Positions 1 through 9,432 of a stretch of DNA of 45,495 nt are shown here, one piece after another (position 1 is the first letter of the stretch; every line of letters starts with the position of its first letter). The translations under genes and the position numbers were made by a program. The stretch is from Armatimonas sp. (GTDB lineage: Bacteria > Armatimonadota > Armatimonadia > Armatimonadales > Armatimonadaceae). The stretch covers positions 1 to 45,495 of the forward strand of contig JANNDD010000035.1 in the NCBI GenBank assembly GCA_031387365.1, given 5' to 3'. The notes under the pieces were generated by a model. That model saw nothing but the letters and a program-made list of their open reading frames with translations. It was not told where the DNA came from and made no database searches.

Positions 1-1
1 G

Positions 2-172
2 GAGACGAAGCACTACGAGGCGATCTGTGTCTCATGCCATAGCGCTCCGAAAAAAGTGTGTGCCGTTAACTCCAGAGAGAAATGCATTTCCTGCCACATG
101 CCCAATCGCCCCGTAATGACACACGGAACAATCTCCCTCAAGATGGCCGATCACTTCATCCGCATCAACTGA
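2..172 (+). CDS. 3' end of a multiheme cytochrome c family protein (partial, runs in from the window edge)
   Basis: Manual translation of frame 2: ETKHYEAICVSCHSAPKKVCAVNSREKCISCHMPNRP...DHFIRIN*. Two CxxCH heme motifs; stop TGA at 170-172. Not in the ORF track. Confidence 0.75.
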   Translation, partial: ETKHYEAICVSCHSAPKKVCAVNSREKCISCHMPNRPVMTHGTISLKMADHFIRIN

Positions 173-181
173 GCGCTTCGC

Positions 182-189
182 GGTATAAT
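182..189 (+). promoter_or_regulatory. Putative -10 element (GG-TATAAT) 8 nt before the smpB ATG; leaderless-type promoter
   Basis: TATAAT at 184-189, ATG at 198, no SD in between. Confidence 0.55.
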
Positions 190-197
190 AGGGCCTC

Positions 198-680
198 ATG
201 TCCACCAGTAAAGCGGAAGAAAAGAGCGGTCAGAAACGCACGGTCGCGCTAAACCGTCGCGCACGCCACGAGTATTTCATTGAGGAGACCTATGTCGCTG
301 GGATGGTGCTGGTCGGCACGGAAGTAAAGTCTCTGCGTGCCGGCAAGGCGAATCTCACCGATGGCTACGCGCGTATCGAGAAGAACGAGCTGTGGCTACA
401 TAATCTGCATATCGCGCACTTCACCCAGGGACATGGCGACAATGTCGAGCCGACGCGGGTTCGTAAGCTGCTGCTCACCCGCAAAGAGATTGACCACCTG
501 CTCGGGCAGACCCAACAAAAAGGGCTGTCGCTCGTACCGCTGGCGATTATCTTTGAGCGCGGTTTTGCCAAGCTGGAGCTTGGGCTTGGGCGCGGCAAGA
601 AGCTCTATGATAAGCGCCAGGATATCGCCAAGCGCGACGCCGATCGAGAAGCGCGGCGCGAAGTTTTTGGAAGGAACTAG
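198..680 (+). CDS. smpB: SsrA-binding protein SmpB
   Basis: NRRARHEYFI, GTEVKSLRAG, RKLLL and GKKLYDKR motifs. Confidence 0.97.
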   Translation: MSTSKAEEKSGQKRTVALNRRARHEYFIEETYVAGMVLVGTEVKSLRAGKANLTDGYARIEKNELWLHNLHIAHFTQGHGDNVEPTRVRKLLLTRKEIDHLLGQTQQKGLSLVPLAIIFERGFAKLELGLGRGKKLYDKRQDIAKRDADREARREVFGRN

Positions 681-689
681 CTACAAGGG

Positions 690-2012
690 ATGGCAAGAAC
701 AGTGAAGGTGCCCGTGCTCGGGCAGTCGGTTGAGGAAGTTCGGATCGTTCAGTGGTTTAAGAAAGTCGGCGATATGGTCGCGATTGGCGAGGCACTGGGC
801 GAGCTGGAAACGGACAAGACCAATATGGAGTTTGCCAGCACCGAAGCCGGTGTGATTCTGGGCTTTCTGGCTCCTGTGGATGCCTACGTCAAAGTGGAGT
901 CCCCTGTCGTGCTGGTCGGTGAGCCCGGAGAAGCCCCCGCCGCGCCAATTCCGCCCAGCCCTAGCCCGGTACCCCCCAGCCCCCTTGATGCCTCGCCACG
1001 TGCGCGCCGCATCGCCGATGAGCTGGGTGTGAACGTCAGAGACCTCGCCGGAAAGGGCACTGGGCCAGCCGGACGGATCATCGAGCGTGATATTGAGGCC
1101 GCCCATGCCGCGCTCGCCAAGTCTGCGCAAGTAGCGCAGGAGCTTCTGGAGACGCCCGCCGTGCGTGTCTCCCCCCTCGCCCAAGCGATTGCGGTAGGCG
1201 AAGGCGTCAATCTGACCTCCGTTGCGGGCAGCGGCACCGGCGGTAGGATCACCGCCGATGATGTCCGTGCGGCAACAGCGCCACTCGCCACTCTTGCGCC
1301 AAACGAGGGCCAGGCGGTTGGCTCGCACGTGGTAAAGCTCTCCGGTCTACGCAAGCGCGTCGCCGATAATCTCAGTAAATCCGTGCGGGAGAAGCCTCAT
1401 GTCACACTCCATCTCGCCGTGGACATGACCGAGGCCAACAAGCTCCGCAAGCAGCTTCTCCCCGCTATCGAGAAGTCTGACAATGTCCGTATTTCCCCCA
1501 CCGACTTGATCCTCAAAGCCTGTGGCCAAGCACTTAAAGAGCATCCCATGGTCAATGCCCACATAGACGGCGATACGATCACCCTCTTTGATGCCGCACA
1601 TATAGGAATGGCAGTCTCGCTCGGCGATGAGGGGCTGATCGTACCGGTAATTAAAGAAGTGCAGAGCAAGGGGTTGACCCAGCTCGCCAAAGACAGAGTT
1701 GACCTCGCCGCACGCGCACGCGCCGGGAAGCTGGCAAGTACCGAAGTCTCCGGTGGAACTTTCACCGTCACCAACTTAGGAAACTACGGTATTCAGGCGT
1801 TCAACCCAATTATTCCGCCCCCCCAAGTGGCGATTCTCGGCATCTGTGCCATCACGGAAACCATTGTCGCGGTGAACGGCCAGCCCGCCGTGCGCCCCAT
1901 GATGGGCCTCTCCCTAAGCTTTGACCACCGTGCCCTAGACGGTGCCCCCGCCGCCGCGTTTCTGGCTCGAATAAAAGAGCTACTGGAGACGCCGGGGCTA
2001 CTACTGGCGTAG
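690..2012 (+). CDS. Dihydrolipoamide acyltransferase (E2) of a 2-oxoacid/acetoin dehydrogenase complex
   Basis: N-terminal lipoyl domain (ETDKT), two peripheral-subunit-binding repeats (ASPRARR..GTGPAGRI; VSPLA..GSGTGGRIT), catalytic FDHRALDG. Confidence 0.93.
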   Translation: MARTVKVPVLGQSVEEVRIVQWFKKVGDMVAIGEALGELETDKTNMEFASTEAGVILGFLAPVDAYVKVESPVVLVGEPGEAPAAPIPPSPSPVPPSPLDASPRARRIADELGVNVRDLAGKGTGPAGRIIERDIEAAHAALAKSAQVAQELLETPAVRVSPLAQAIAVGEGVNLTSVAGSGTGGRITADDVRAATAPLATLAPNEGQAVGSHVVKLSGLRKRVADNLSKSVREKPHVTLHLAVDMTEANKLRKQLLPAIEKSDNVRISPTDLILKACGQALKEHPMVNAHIDGDTITLFDAAHIGMAVSLGDEGLIVPVIKEVQSKGLTQLAKDRVDLAARARAGKLASTEVSGGTFTVTNLGNYGIQAFNPIIPPPQVAILGICAITETIVAVNGQPAVRPMMGLSLSFDHRALDGAPAAAFLARIKELLETPGLLLA

Positions 2013-2029
2013 AGCCCCCTGCTGGCCGC

Positions 2030-2241
2030 CTCGTTTCCCCTCCCCCCGCATACCCCACCAGTGGGGCCCCTGCGACCCCCTCCCGGGTACCCTCTGGGTG
2101 AATGGGAGAGGGTTGGGAGGGGAAAATCCCCCAGCCCCTCTTCATCTCCCCCTCTTCATCTCCCCCTCCCTCCCACCCGAAGGGCTTGTTATTGGGAGGA
2201 GAGGAGGCAGGGGGGAGAGAGGGAAACGGGAGGGAGGGGAA
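2030..2241. repeat. Purine/pyrimidine-skewed nested palindromic intergenic element (REP-like, probably a bidirectional terminator region) between convergent genes
   Basis: TTTCCCCTCCC (~2034) pairs with GGGAGGGGAAA (~2115); CCCCTCCCTCCC (~2163) pairs with GGGAGGGAGGGG (~2228); tandem CTCTTCATCTCCCC x2 at ~2138-2165. Confidence 0.6.
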
Positions 2242-2245
2242 ATAT

Positions 2246-4651
2246 CTACTTCGCCTTTAGCTCCGCGTTGCCACGCTGATAGTCGCCCAACAGATGCTCG
2301 GCAAAGTACTCCATCATCATTTGGTTAAAGTAGCCGTTCATGGTACCAAAGCTATGATCCTGACCAGGCAAGAGCATGAAATCAAAGCGTTTACCGGCTT
2401 TGATTAGCGCATTGACGAGGCGAATGGTGTTACCGGGATGGACATTATTGTCCATATCTCCGTGCACCAGTAGCAGTTTCCCCTTAAGATTTCCCGCCAG
2501 TTCGGCGTTAGTGGGGACTTTAATCTCAAACTTTGTTTCCCCTGTCGGCTTACCGTCTTTATCCAGAACGGGCACTTCCTTTAGGCCATGGTGCTGCTCG
2601 CTCCAGTTCGAGTTGTAGATATTATTGTCGTGGTTTCCCGCGCTGCTCACCCCCACTTTAAAGAACTCGTTGTAGGGTGGCATCAACAGTGCAGCGCCCG
2701 TCATGAAACCTCCGCCAGAGTGTCCAAAGATTCCCACTTTCTCAATGTCAACCCATGAAAAACGCGCGGCAAGCTGCTCGATTCCGGCTTTCTTGTCGGC
2801 GAGGCCGTAGTCACGCAGGTTGTAGTACCCAAAGCTATGGTAAGCATTCGAGCGTGCCGGGTTGCCTCCCCGGTTGCCGATTTGAATGACCACAAAGCCA
2901 AGCTGTGCCAGACGTGCGTTGTTCGCGCTCACCGAGAAGCCCGAGTTCACCGACTCGGTCTGAGGGCCAGGATAGACATAGGCGATGATCGGATATTTTT
3001 TCTTGGGGTCAAAGTCGGTGGGCCGCCAGAGATTACCGTAGAGATCATTCACGCCATCGGCGGCCTTCACCGTGAAGCGCTCCGGCATCCGCCAGCCAAG
3101 CTCCAACAAACGCTCCAGCTTCGTTTCCTCAAGATCGAGAATGACCTTGCCATCCCGGTCACGTAGAACGGCTTTCGGCGCTAAGTCGGGGCGCGAGGCG
3201 ACATCCACCACGAAGTCTTTAGAGGGTGAGACACTGGACGTGTACTCTGCCTCACCGGAGTTTATGAGCGCCAGACTGCTCCCCTTGCCATCCAGTCCGG
3301 TTCTGTAGAGATGCTGGTAGTAGGGATTCTCGCCCGCTTCACGCCCCTGTGCCACAAACCAGAGCTGCTCTTTCTTCTCATCCACCTCCGTGATCTGTGC
3401 CACGCGGAATGGGCCGCTGGTCACTGCATTCTTGAGCTTGCCATCGTTGGCGTAGAGGTAGTAGTGCCCCCAGCCGGTGCGCTCGGAGAACCAGAGGAAG
3501 TCTCCCCCTGGCTTGATGTACTTGACTTCCTGGATTTCCAGAAACGCATTCTCCACGGCTTCGGCAAGCAGCGGCGTGACTGCCTTGGTGCTGAGGTTAA
3601 TCTCACAGAGCTCGGCGTGCCGCTGAAGACGATCTCGCCGCACGAAACGAAGTGCCTCGGAAGTGGTGTCCTGGAAGTGAACATTACGTACTTGCTGATC
3701 TTTATATTTTACAATAGGTAGCTTATCGAGTGTCTTCGTGGCCGGACTGAAGGCAAAGAGCTCCTGCTGCCCAACACCCGGCTCCCCTGGCATGGCGTAC
3801 TTATAGCTCATCAGGGTGGGACGGGGCTCGGAGAGCACATTGACGAGAAACAGCTCTTTGACATTGCGGGAGTCGAAGCGGCTTACGTAGAAGCGCTTGG
3901 AGTCCTTGGACCACGTAACACTTGCCCGGACACGCAGCTCGACGGTGGGGGGCGGCGGTGGTGCGACTCCCTCACCCTGCTGCCGACGGCGCGTACCGCC
4001 ACCGCCGCCGCCGAAGCCCCCCTCGCGGCTCCCAAAGCTGTAGTCTTTCTCGCCATCTTTGGTGAGCTGAATCGGTGGCTGCTCCTTGCCCTCTTTCACC
4101 TCAACGTAGTAGAGGTTGTGGGCCATAGCGTAGACAAAGGCTTTCTTATCAGGGGAAAAATTACGGAAGTCCCTGGCCTCTGTATCCGGCGTCGCAGTTC
4201 CCACTTTGGGTGCAACCTTGAGCGTCTCTTTCGTCAAGTCGTACTCGTAGCGCGTGGTTTTGGGCGGCGCGGGCGGTGTGGTAGCTTCACTGACCGAGAA
4301 GAACATCAGGTTGGCATCTTTTTCGTCGAATGTGACTGTGGTGAAGGGAAGGTTTGTGGAATCGTAGGGCTTCTGGGTCAGCTCAGAGAGAAGTGCTGCC
4401 ATCTTAGTGGAGTCAAACAACAAGGATTTTTTCTTTGCCTTCGCGTCCACTTTCCAGAACTTACGCCCGGTATCATCGCGCCAGAGATACCAAAACGTAT
4501 CCGACTTATTAATCCAGCCTGGCGTGAGCGTGGTGCTGGGGACAAAAGGCGTGAGAATCTCGGAGGTAAAGCGATTGGCCAGCTTCCAGTTGGCTTTCAC
4601 GGGCTCCTGGGCAACAAAGAGTGACACTAAAGCAGGGAGAATAGGAAACAT
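2246..4651 (-). CDS. S9 family dipeptidyl peptidase IV-like serine peptidase, secreted
   Basis: Signal peptide, DPPIV-type propeller region, nucleophile GHSGGG, HGDMDNNVH (Asp) and QDH (His). Confidence 0.92.
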   Translation of the reverse strand: MFPILPALVSLFVAQEPVKANWKLANRFTSEILTPFVPSTTLTPGWINKSDTFWYLWRDDTGRKFWKVDAKAKKKSLLFDSTKMAALLSELTQKPYDSTNLPFTTVTFDEKDANLMFFSVSEATTPPAPPKTTRYEYDLTKETLKVAPKVGTATPDTEARDFRNFSPDKKAFVYAMAHNLYYVEVKEGKEQPPIQLTKDGEKDYSFGSREGGFGGGGGGTRRRQQGEGVAPPPPPTVELRVRASVTWSKDSKRFYVSRFDSRNVKELFLVNVLSEPRPTLMSYKYAMPGEPGVGQQELFAFSPATKTLDKLPIVKYKDQQVRNVHFQDTTSEALRFVRRDRLQRHAELCEINLSTKAVTPLLAEAVENAFLEIQEVKYIKPGGDFLWFSERTGWGHYYLYANDGKLKNAVTSGPFRVAQITEVDEKKEQLWFVAQGREAGENPYYQHLYRTGLDGKGSSLALINSGEAEYTSSVSPSKDFVVDVASRPDLAPKAVLRDRDGKVILDLEETKLERLLELGWRMPERFTVKAADGVNDLYGNLWRPTDFDPKKKYPIIAYVYPGPQTESVNSGFSVSANNARLAQLGFVVIQIGNRGGNPARSNAYHSFGYYNLRDYGLADKKAGIEQLAARFSWVDIEKVGIFGHSGGGFMTGAALLMPPYNEFFKVGVSSAGNHDNNIYNSNWSEQHHGLKEVPVLDKDGKPTGETKFEIKVPTNAELAGNLKGKLLLVHGDMDNNVHPGNTIRLVNALIKAGKRFDFMLLPGQDHSFGTMNGYFNQMMMEYFAEHLLGDYQRGNAELKAK

Positions 4652-4654
4652 CGG

Positions 4655-5038
4655 TTAAATTCCGTCCAGCCCGTACTCGTCCACGGGCGAAAAATAGATT
4701 ATAGTGATGAGCGTGTCTTCGTCCATCGGCAGATCGTAGACCCGCGAGAGCAGCGCAATGACCTCGTCCTTCGTGCGAAATTCTGGGTTCTCTCGCTGGA
4801 TGTCGCGCGGTGTCAGCTCCTTAATGGGCTTGACCTCAACCATATCGAGAATCGCGGTGAAGAGCTTGTGCCGCCGCCCGAAACGCTGCCCAACCGTCAC
4901 CCAAACAAGCTGCCCCGACTGATACTTGGCAGTTTTATTTCCTAGGCGAATCGTCGCCGACTTGCGGCCTTTACGCAGAACATCACCATAGAGCGTATTA
5001 TAAAAATTTAGTGCGAACATCGTGGCACGGTTCGACAT
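4655..5038 (-). CDS. ASCH domain-containing protein
   Basis: ALNFY..YGDVLRKGRKSATIR matches the ASCH GxKxxTxR motif. Start moved to ATG 5038 (or 5020) to avoid overlap with alkA. Confidence 0.75.
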   Translation of the reverse strand: MSNRATMFALNFYNTLYGDVLRKGRKSATIRLGNKTAKYQSGQLVWVTVGQRFGRRHKLFTAILDMVEVKPIKELTPRDIQRENPEFRTKDEVIALLSRVYDLPMDEDTLITIIYFSPVDEYGLDGI

Positions 5039-5115
5039 CCCCTCTGGAAAATCCTCTCTGGTTCGTCGTCCGAAAACGGCGAGTCCTTGGGCCCGAGGTG
5101 CGGGATAATACGCGT

Positions 5116-6555
5116 ATGCTCTTGCACGATGCCACTTCTTGCTACCAGGCACTTCTCACCCACGATGCACGCTTCGATGGGGTTTTCTTTGTCGGGGTGC
5201 GTACCACGGGAATCTACTGCCGTCCGATCTGCCCGGCAAAGACCCCCAAAGAAGAGAACTGTGTCTACTACGCCCACGCCGCGGCCGCGGAGCAGGCAGG
5301 ATATCGCCCGTGCCTGCGCTGCCGCCCCGAGCTGGCTCCAGGCAATGCGTCGGTGGACGCGATCGGCGAGCTCGCTCAGCGTGCGGCCAGCCGGATTGAG
5401 GACGGAATGCTCTCGGAGATAAGTGTGACAGCACTCGCGGCGGAGCTTGGTGTGAGTGAGCGCCACCTCCGCCGTGCCGTCGAGAGTGCCTTTGGAGTCT
5501 CGCCCCACGCCCTGGCACAGACACAGCGCTTACTTTTGGCCAAGCGCTTGCTCACGGACACTGCGCTGCCCGTCACCCAGATCGCCTTTGCCAGCGGCTT
5601 CCAGAGTGTCCGTCGCTTCAATAGTGTCTTTCAGGAGCGCTACCGCCTGACACCCACCGCGCTGCGAAAGAACGTCCCGGCACTCCCTGCGCAGACCGAA
5701 CAAACTCTCGACATCGCGCTGACCTACCGTCCCCCTTTCGACTGGTCGGGTCTGCTGGGCTTCCTGAAATCACGTACTCTGGCTGGTGTGGAGGACATTG
5801 ATGGGGATACCTACCGACGAACCGTTCGCTGGCAGGAACACACCGGCTGGCTCAGTGCGTGTGCGAAGGACAACGAGCGGGTTCTTAGAATCTCCCTCTC
5901 GCTCTCCCTGGCACAAGCACTGCCACCGATCCTCGCCCGCATCAAGTCCCTTTTCGATCTGGGGGCAAGTCCGCACCGCATTAACGATGTCCTCGGAGCG
6001 CTGGCCGCCGACTGCCCTGGCCTACGAGTGCCCGGTGCGTTCCACGGCTTTGAGACGGCAGTGCGTGCGATTTTAGGCCAGCAAGTGAGTGTCAAAGCTG
6101 CGACCACTCTTGCCAGCCGTTTTGCCGCTGCGCTCGGTGAGCCTGTCGCCACCCCCTTTGCCAACCTGACACATCTCAGCCCGACACCCGAGCGTGTGGC
6201 GCGTACCCCCAAGCAGGAGCTGATTGCACTGGGCATTCTTGAAACCCGTGCGCTAGCGATTCTTGCACTGGCTCAGGCCGCTGTAGAAGGCAAGATCTCC
6301 CTGGAGCCGGGCGAGGATCGGGCGGCCACCCTAAAAGCCCTCGTGGCACTTCCAGGAATCGGGGAGTGGACAGCGCAGTACATCGCGATGCGCGCCCTTG
6401 CCTGGCCAGATGCCTTTCCCCACACCGATCTTGGAGTCAAGAAAGCCCTAGGCGAGACCCAGCCCACTAAGATCTTAGAAATCGCCGACGCCTGGCGCCC
6501 CTGGCGCGCCTACGCCACGATGCATCTATGGCGTTCTTTGGAGACAAAACAATGA
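5116..6555 (+). CDS. alkA: Ada-AlkA fusion: Ada Zn-binding methylphosphotriester domain + AraC HTH + DNA-3-methyladenine glycosylase II
   Basis: TTGIYCRPICPA and RPCLRCRP Zn motifs, AraC HTH (SGFQSVRRFN), AlkA N-term, HhH LPGIGEWTA, AFPHTDLG, WRPWRAYA. Start placed at ATG 5116. Confidence 0.93.
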   Translation: MLLHDATSCYQALLTHDARFDGVFFVGVRTTGIYCRPICPAKTPKEENCVYYAHAAAAEQAGYRPCLRCRPELAPGNASVDAIGELAQRAASRIEDGMLSEISVTALAAELGVSERHLRRAVESAFGVSPHALAQTQRLLLAKRLLTDTALPVTQIAFASGFQSVRRFNSVFQERYRLTPTALRKNVPALPAQTEQTLDIALTYRPPFDWSGLLGFLKSRTLAGVEDIDGDTYRRTVRWQEHTGWLSACAKDNERVLRISLSLSLAQALPPILARIKSLFDLGASPHRINDVLGALAADCPGLRVPGAFHGFETAVRAILGQQVSVKAATTLASRFAAALGEPVATPFANLTHLSPTPERVARTPKQELIALGILETRALAILALAQAAVEGKISLEPGEDRAATLKALVALPGIGEWTAQYIAMRALAWPDAFPHTDLGVKKALGETQPTKILEIADAWRPWRAYATMHLWRSLETKQ

Positions 6556-7040
6556 CCTACTTTACGTCTTTCGAAACCACGCTCTGCACGCTGCTCCTCA
6601 CCTCCAACGGCGAGGCGCTCACGGGAATCTATCTGCTCCCGGATCATCGCCACGCGCCAACCCAACAACCGGCCTGGCAAGAATCCCCAAATCTGCCGGT
6701 CTTTGTGGTAGCCAAAGCGCAGCTCACGGAGTATTTTGCGGGCACACGCACCGCTTTTGACCTGCCACTTGCCGCCTCAGGCACCCCCTTTCAAAAAACA
6801 GTTTGGGCGGAGCTGGTACGCATTCCCTACGGCAAGACGTTCTCTTACGGCGAGCTTGCAGCACGCATCGGCAACCCAAAAGCCTCCCGCGCTGTGGGGC
6901 TCGCCAATGGGAAAAATCCCCTCTCGATTGTCGTCCCGTGCCACCGTGTGATTGGAGCAAGTGGAAAACTCACCGGCTACGGCGGCGGGCTGGCGCGCAA
7001 AGAGGCACTGCTGGCGCTGGAGCGATTCACGACGCGGTAA
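6552..7040 (+). CDS. ogt: Methylated-DNA--protein-cysteine S-methyltransferase
   Basis: GTPFQ..VW..L..IPYG, RAVG, active-site PCHRV; ATGA overlap with the alkA stop. Confidence 0.95.
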   Translation: MTYFTSFETTLCTLLLTSNGEALTGIYLLPDHRHAPTQQPAWQESPNLPVFVVAKAQLTEYFAGTRTAFDLPLAASGTPFQKTVWAELVRIPYGKTFSYGELAARIGNPKASRAVGLANGKNPLSIVVPCHRVIGASGKLTGYGGGLARKEALLALERFTTR

Positions 7041-7050
7041 AATGGCCGGT

Positions 7051-7617
7051 ATGCCCACTGGCTCCCTAACGGTTATCTGCGGCTCGATGTTCTCTGGCAA
7101 GACGGAGGAGCTTATTCGCCTTGTCCGCCGCGCACTCTACGCCAAACGCACCGTCCAGGTCTTCAAACCGGCACTCGACACCCGAGATCCCGTGACCGTG
7201 ATCCGCTCACACAACGGCGCACTCCATGAAGCGCAGGCCGCCGAAAATAGCGCGACGCTCTATCTCTCGATTGCTCCGGAGACGCAGCTCATTGCCATTG
7301 AGGAAGCGCAGTTCTTTGACGCGGGAATCTTCGAGGTCTGCCAGGCGCTCGCCGATGACGGCAAAGACGTGATTGTCTCGGGGCTGGACATGGACTTTCG
7401 CGGCGCGCCGTTTGGAGCCATGCCTCGCTTAATCGCCGTCGCCGATAACGTCGTGAAGCTACGCGCCATCTGCGCCGTCTGCGGCGGCGATGCCGCGCGT
7501 TCCCAGCGGCTGATCAACGGCCACCCCGCCCCTGCCAGTGCCCCCACGGTTCTGATTGGAGCCACGGAACACTACGAAGCCCGCTGCCGCCAGTGCCACA
7601 GTGTGCCGGAGGGGTAG
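7051..7617 (+). CDS. tdk: Thymidine kinase
   Basis: GSMFSGKTEEL P-loop, IEEAQFF, GLDMDFRG, Zn ligands CAVC/CRQCH. Start ATG 7051 (7042 possible). Confidence 0.95.
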   Translation: MPTGSLTVICGSMFSGKTEELIRLVRRALYAKRTVQVFKPALDTRDPVTVIRSHNGALHEAQAAENSATLYLSIAPETQLIAIEEAQFFDAGIFEVCQALADDGKDVIVSGLDMDFRGAPFGAMPRLIAVADNVVKLRAICAVCGGDAARSQRLINGHPAPASAPTVLIGATEHYEARCRQCHSVPEG

Positions 7618-7621
7618 CCGC

Positions 7622-9409
7622 TCATAAGCTCTTCAGAAACGCCACTAAATCCTTGAGTTCCTGAGGAGTACAGTCGGATTCTCCCGTGAGCTTGCTGGGC
7701 CGATGGTACTTAGTGAGAACATCTTCGAGAGTCAGAGCGCGGCCATCATGCAGGTACGGAGCCCGGCTGTAGACATTACGTAGAGGCGGTGGATTGTAGC
7801 CAGTAAAGACATCATTGGGCTCTTCCAGTCCGGTTTTAGTGATTGTTGGTGTCGCGTAGGTATCGCCGCCGTGACAGCTCGCGCAGCCCTTCGCAACAAA
7901 GACTTTCTGGCCTACGGGACTTGCAGGAAACGGCGATTTCTTCCAGTCGAGCGTTTTCACGTAGGCTTCCACGGCATCCACTTCAACAGACGTCGGCTCA
8001 TCGCCCTGCATGCTCTTGGTGAACGACTCCACAATGGCTTGCCGAAGGTCCTTCTGCCAGCCGTGCCAGGTGTAGGGCGCGGTCTGCGCAACCCCACGCA
8101 GGCTCAGGGTTTTCTTGGGTTTGCCATAGCCACCGTCGTTTTTAGTGTCGAAGTTGCCACCGTTGGTGTGCCCCTCTGTGTGGCATGAGGCGCACGAGTA
8201 CCAGGAGTGAAACGAGCGCTTGGCATCGTTGAAAATCTGCTCCCCAAGGCGCACTTGCGAGGGCTGAGCGGGTCCACCCAGCGTGATCGTTTTGGCCACT
8301 TTACCAGTGGCAACGTCTAGCACCTGCACGGCATTGAGAAAATCATTGGCGACAATGAGCTGCTTGCCATCGGCGGAGAACTGTGCGCCCAGCGGCCTAC
8401 CCCCCACTTTGATACGCCGAACCCGCTCCACGGACTCCGGCTCTAAGTAGTCTTCCGGGCCACCGAAGGCCACAAACGGGAGCCCGGCAATCTTAGAGAA
8501 AAACACAACTTCATGCGTGCCTCCTGCCGTCAGCGCAAGAGTCTGACCATCGGGCGAGAGCGTGCAGCCGTCCACATCGCCTAGTGCATCGCCCTGTGTG
8601 TCCAGAGCAATCGCCTCACGTGGGCCTTCCTCCGTGATCGGGACACGTGCCAGACGATTACCGACCACCCAGCCCCGGTCTATATTGTCTTTTGTCGCGG
8701 GGAAGCGTCGCTCATTGATAAATGGCACAAAGGCTTGCTTGCCATCGGGGGAGATCGCGATACTGCGTACATTGCGGCCATTCAGTGGAACAGTGAAGAG
8801 CTCCTCCCCGGTGGGTAGTGCATAGACAGAGAGCGTCCGCGCCCGCGTGCAGCCCACCGTGAGCCGCTTGCCATCGGGGGTGAGCGCCACCTGCCAGGGC
8901 TCCAGGCCGGTTAGGAGGCGCTGCGTAATTTTCCGGCTCGCCAGCTCCACCACCACCACAGCACTCTCCCCACCCAGCGCCACATAGGCCCGCTTGCCAT
9001 CTAGGCTCAGCGCCACGCCGCGCGGCTCATCGCCCACGGGAATCGTCGCCGTAATACTCAGGCCAGCAGGAGTGATGCCCAGCACGGAAAGCGAGTCCGA
9101 TCCGTAGTTGGTGACCACGGCGACACTGCCCCGTGCCGCCACACAAAACGGCTCGTCACCTACCAAGGTTCGCTGAAGAAGTCGGCCTACAGATAGATCC
9201 AGGAGTGCCACTGAATCCGTGCCGCGCTCTGTCACCAGTGCACGACTCTCGGGGAGTAGTGCCACAAAGTGCGGTGCGGGATCGGCAGTCAAATCAGATT
9301 GCCCGTTCGATTTGCCTACCTCGCTGAGCTTGTTCGCCTTTTGTGCACCGAGAGCCAGTGCCATCAGAGCGAACAACGGCAACGCGAGAGAAAAGCGCTG
9401 TATCCTCAT
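7622..9409 (-). CDS. Secreted YVTN-type beta-propeller fused to a di-heme cytochrome c peroxidase/MauG-like domain
   Basis: Signal peptide, repeats such as IPVGDEPRGVALSLDGKRAYV, two CASCH motifs, APYTWHG and PPLRNVYSRAPYLHDG. Confidence 0.85.
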   Translation of the reverse strand: MRIQRFSLALPLFALMALALGAQKANKLSEVGKSNGQSDLTADPAPHFVALLPESRALVTERGTDSVALLDLSVGRLLQRTLVGDEPFCVAARGSVAVVTNYGSDSLSVLGITPAGLSITATIPVGDEPRGVALSLDGKRAYVALGGESAVVVVELASRKITQRLLTGLEPWQVALTPDGKRLTVGCTRARTLSVYALPTGEELFTVPLNGRNVRSIAISPDGKQAFVPFINERRFPATKDNIDRGWVVGNRLARVPITEEGPREAIALDTQGDALGDVDGCTLSPDGQTLALTAGGTHEVVFFSKIAGLPFVAFGGPEDYLEPESVERVRRIKVGGRPLGAQFSADGKQLIVANDFLNAVQVLDVATGKVAKTITLGGPAQPSQVRLGEQIFNDAKRSFHSWYSCASCHTEGHTNGGNFDTKNDGGYGKPKKTLSLRGVAQTAPYTWHGWQKDLRQAIVESFTKSMQGDEPTSVEVDAVEAYVKTLDWKKSPFPASPVGQKVFVAKGCASCHGGDTYATPTITKTGLEEPNDVFTGYNPPPLRNVYSRAPYLHDGRALTLEDVLTKYHRPSKLTGESDCTPQELKDLVAFLKSL

Positions 9410-9432
9410 TTTCACGGACGCTTCCACGCTGT

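Noticed and set aside
173-700. tmRNA (ssrA) near smpB
   Set aside because: No room and no tRNA-like ends in the flanking intergenic sequence.
681-1328. 215-aa minus-strand ORF and the many other antisense or alternate-frame ORFs in the track (e.g. 15001..15729, 29088..29861, 32954..33667, 38873..39670, 43726..44523)
   Set aside because: They lie inside well-supported genes, lack motifs, and are expected shadow ORFs in GC-rich DNA.
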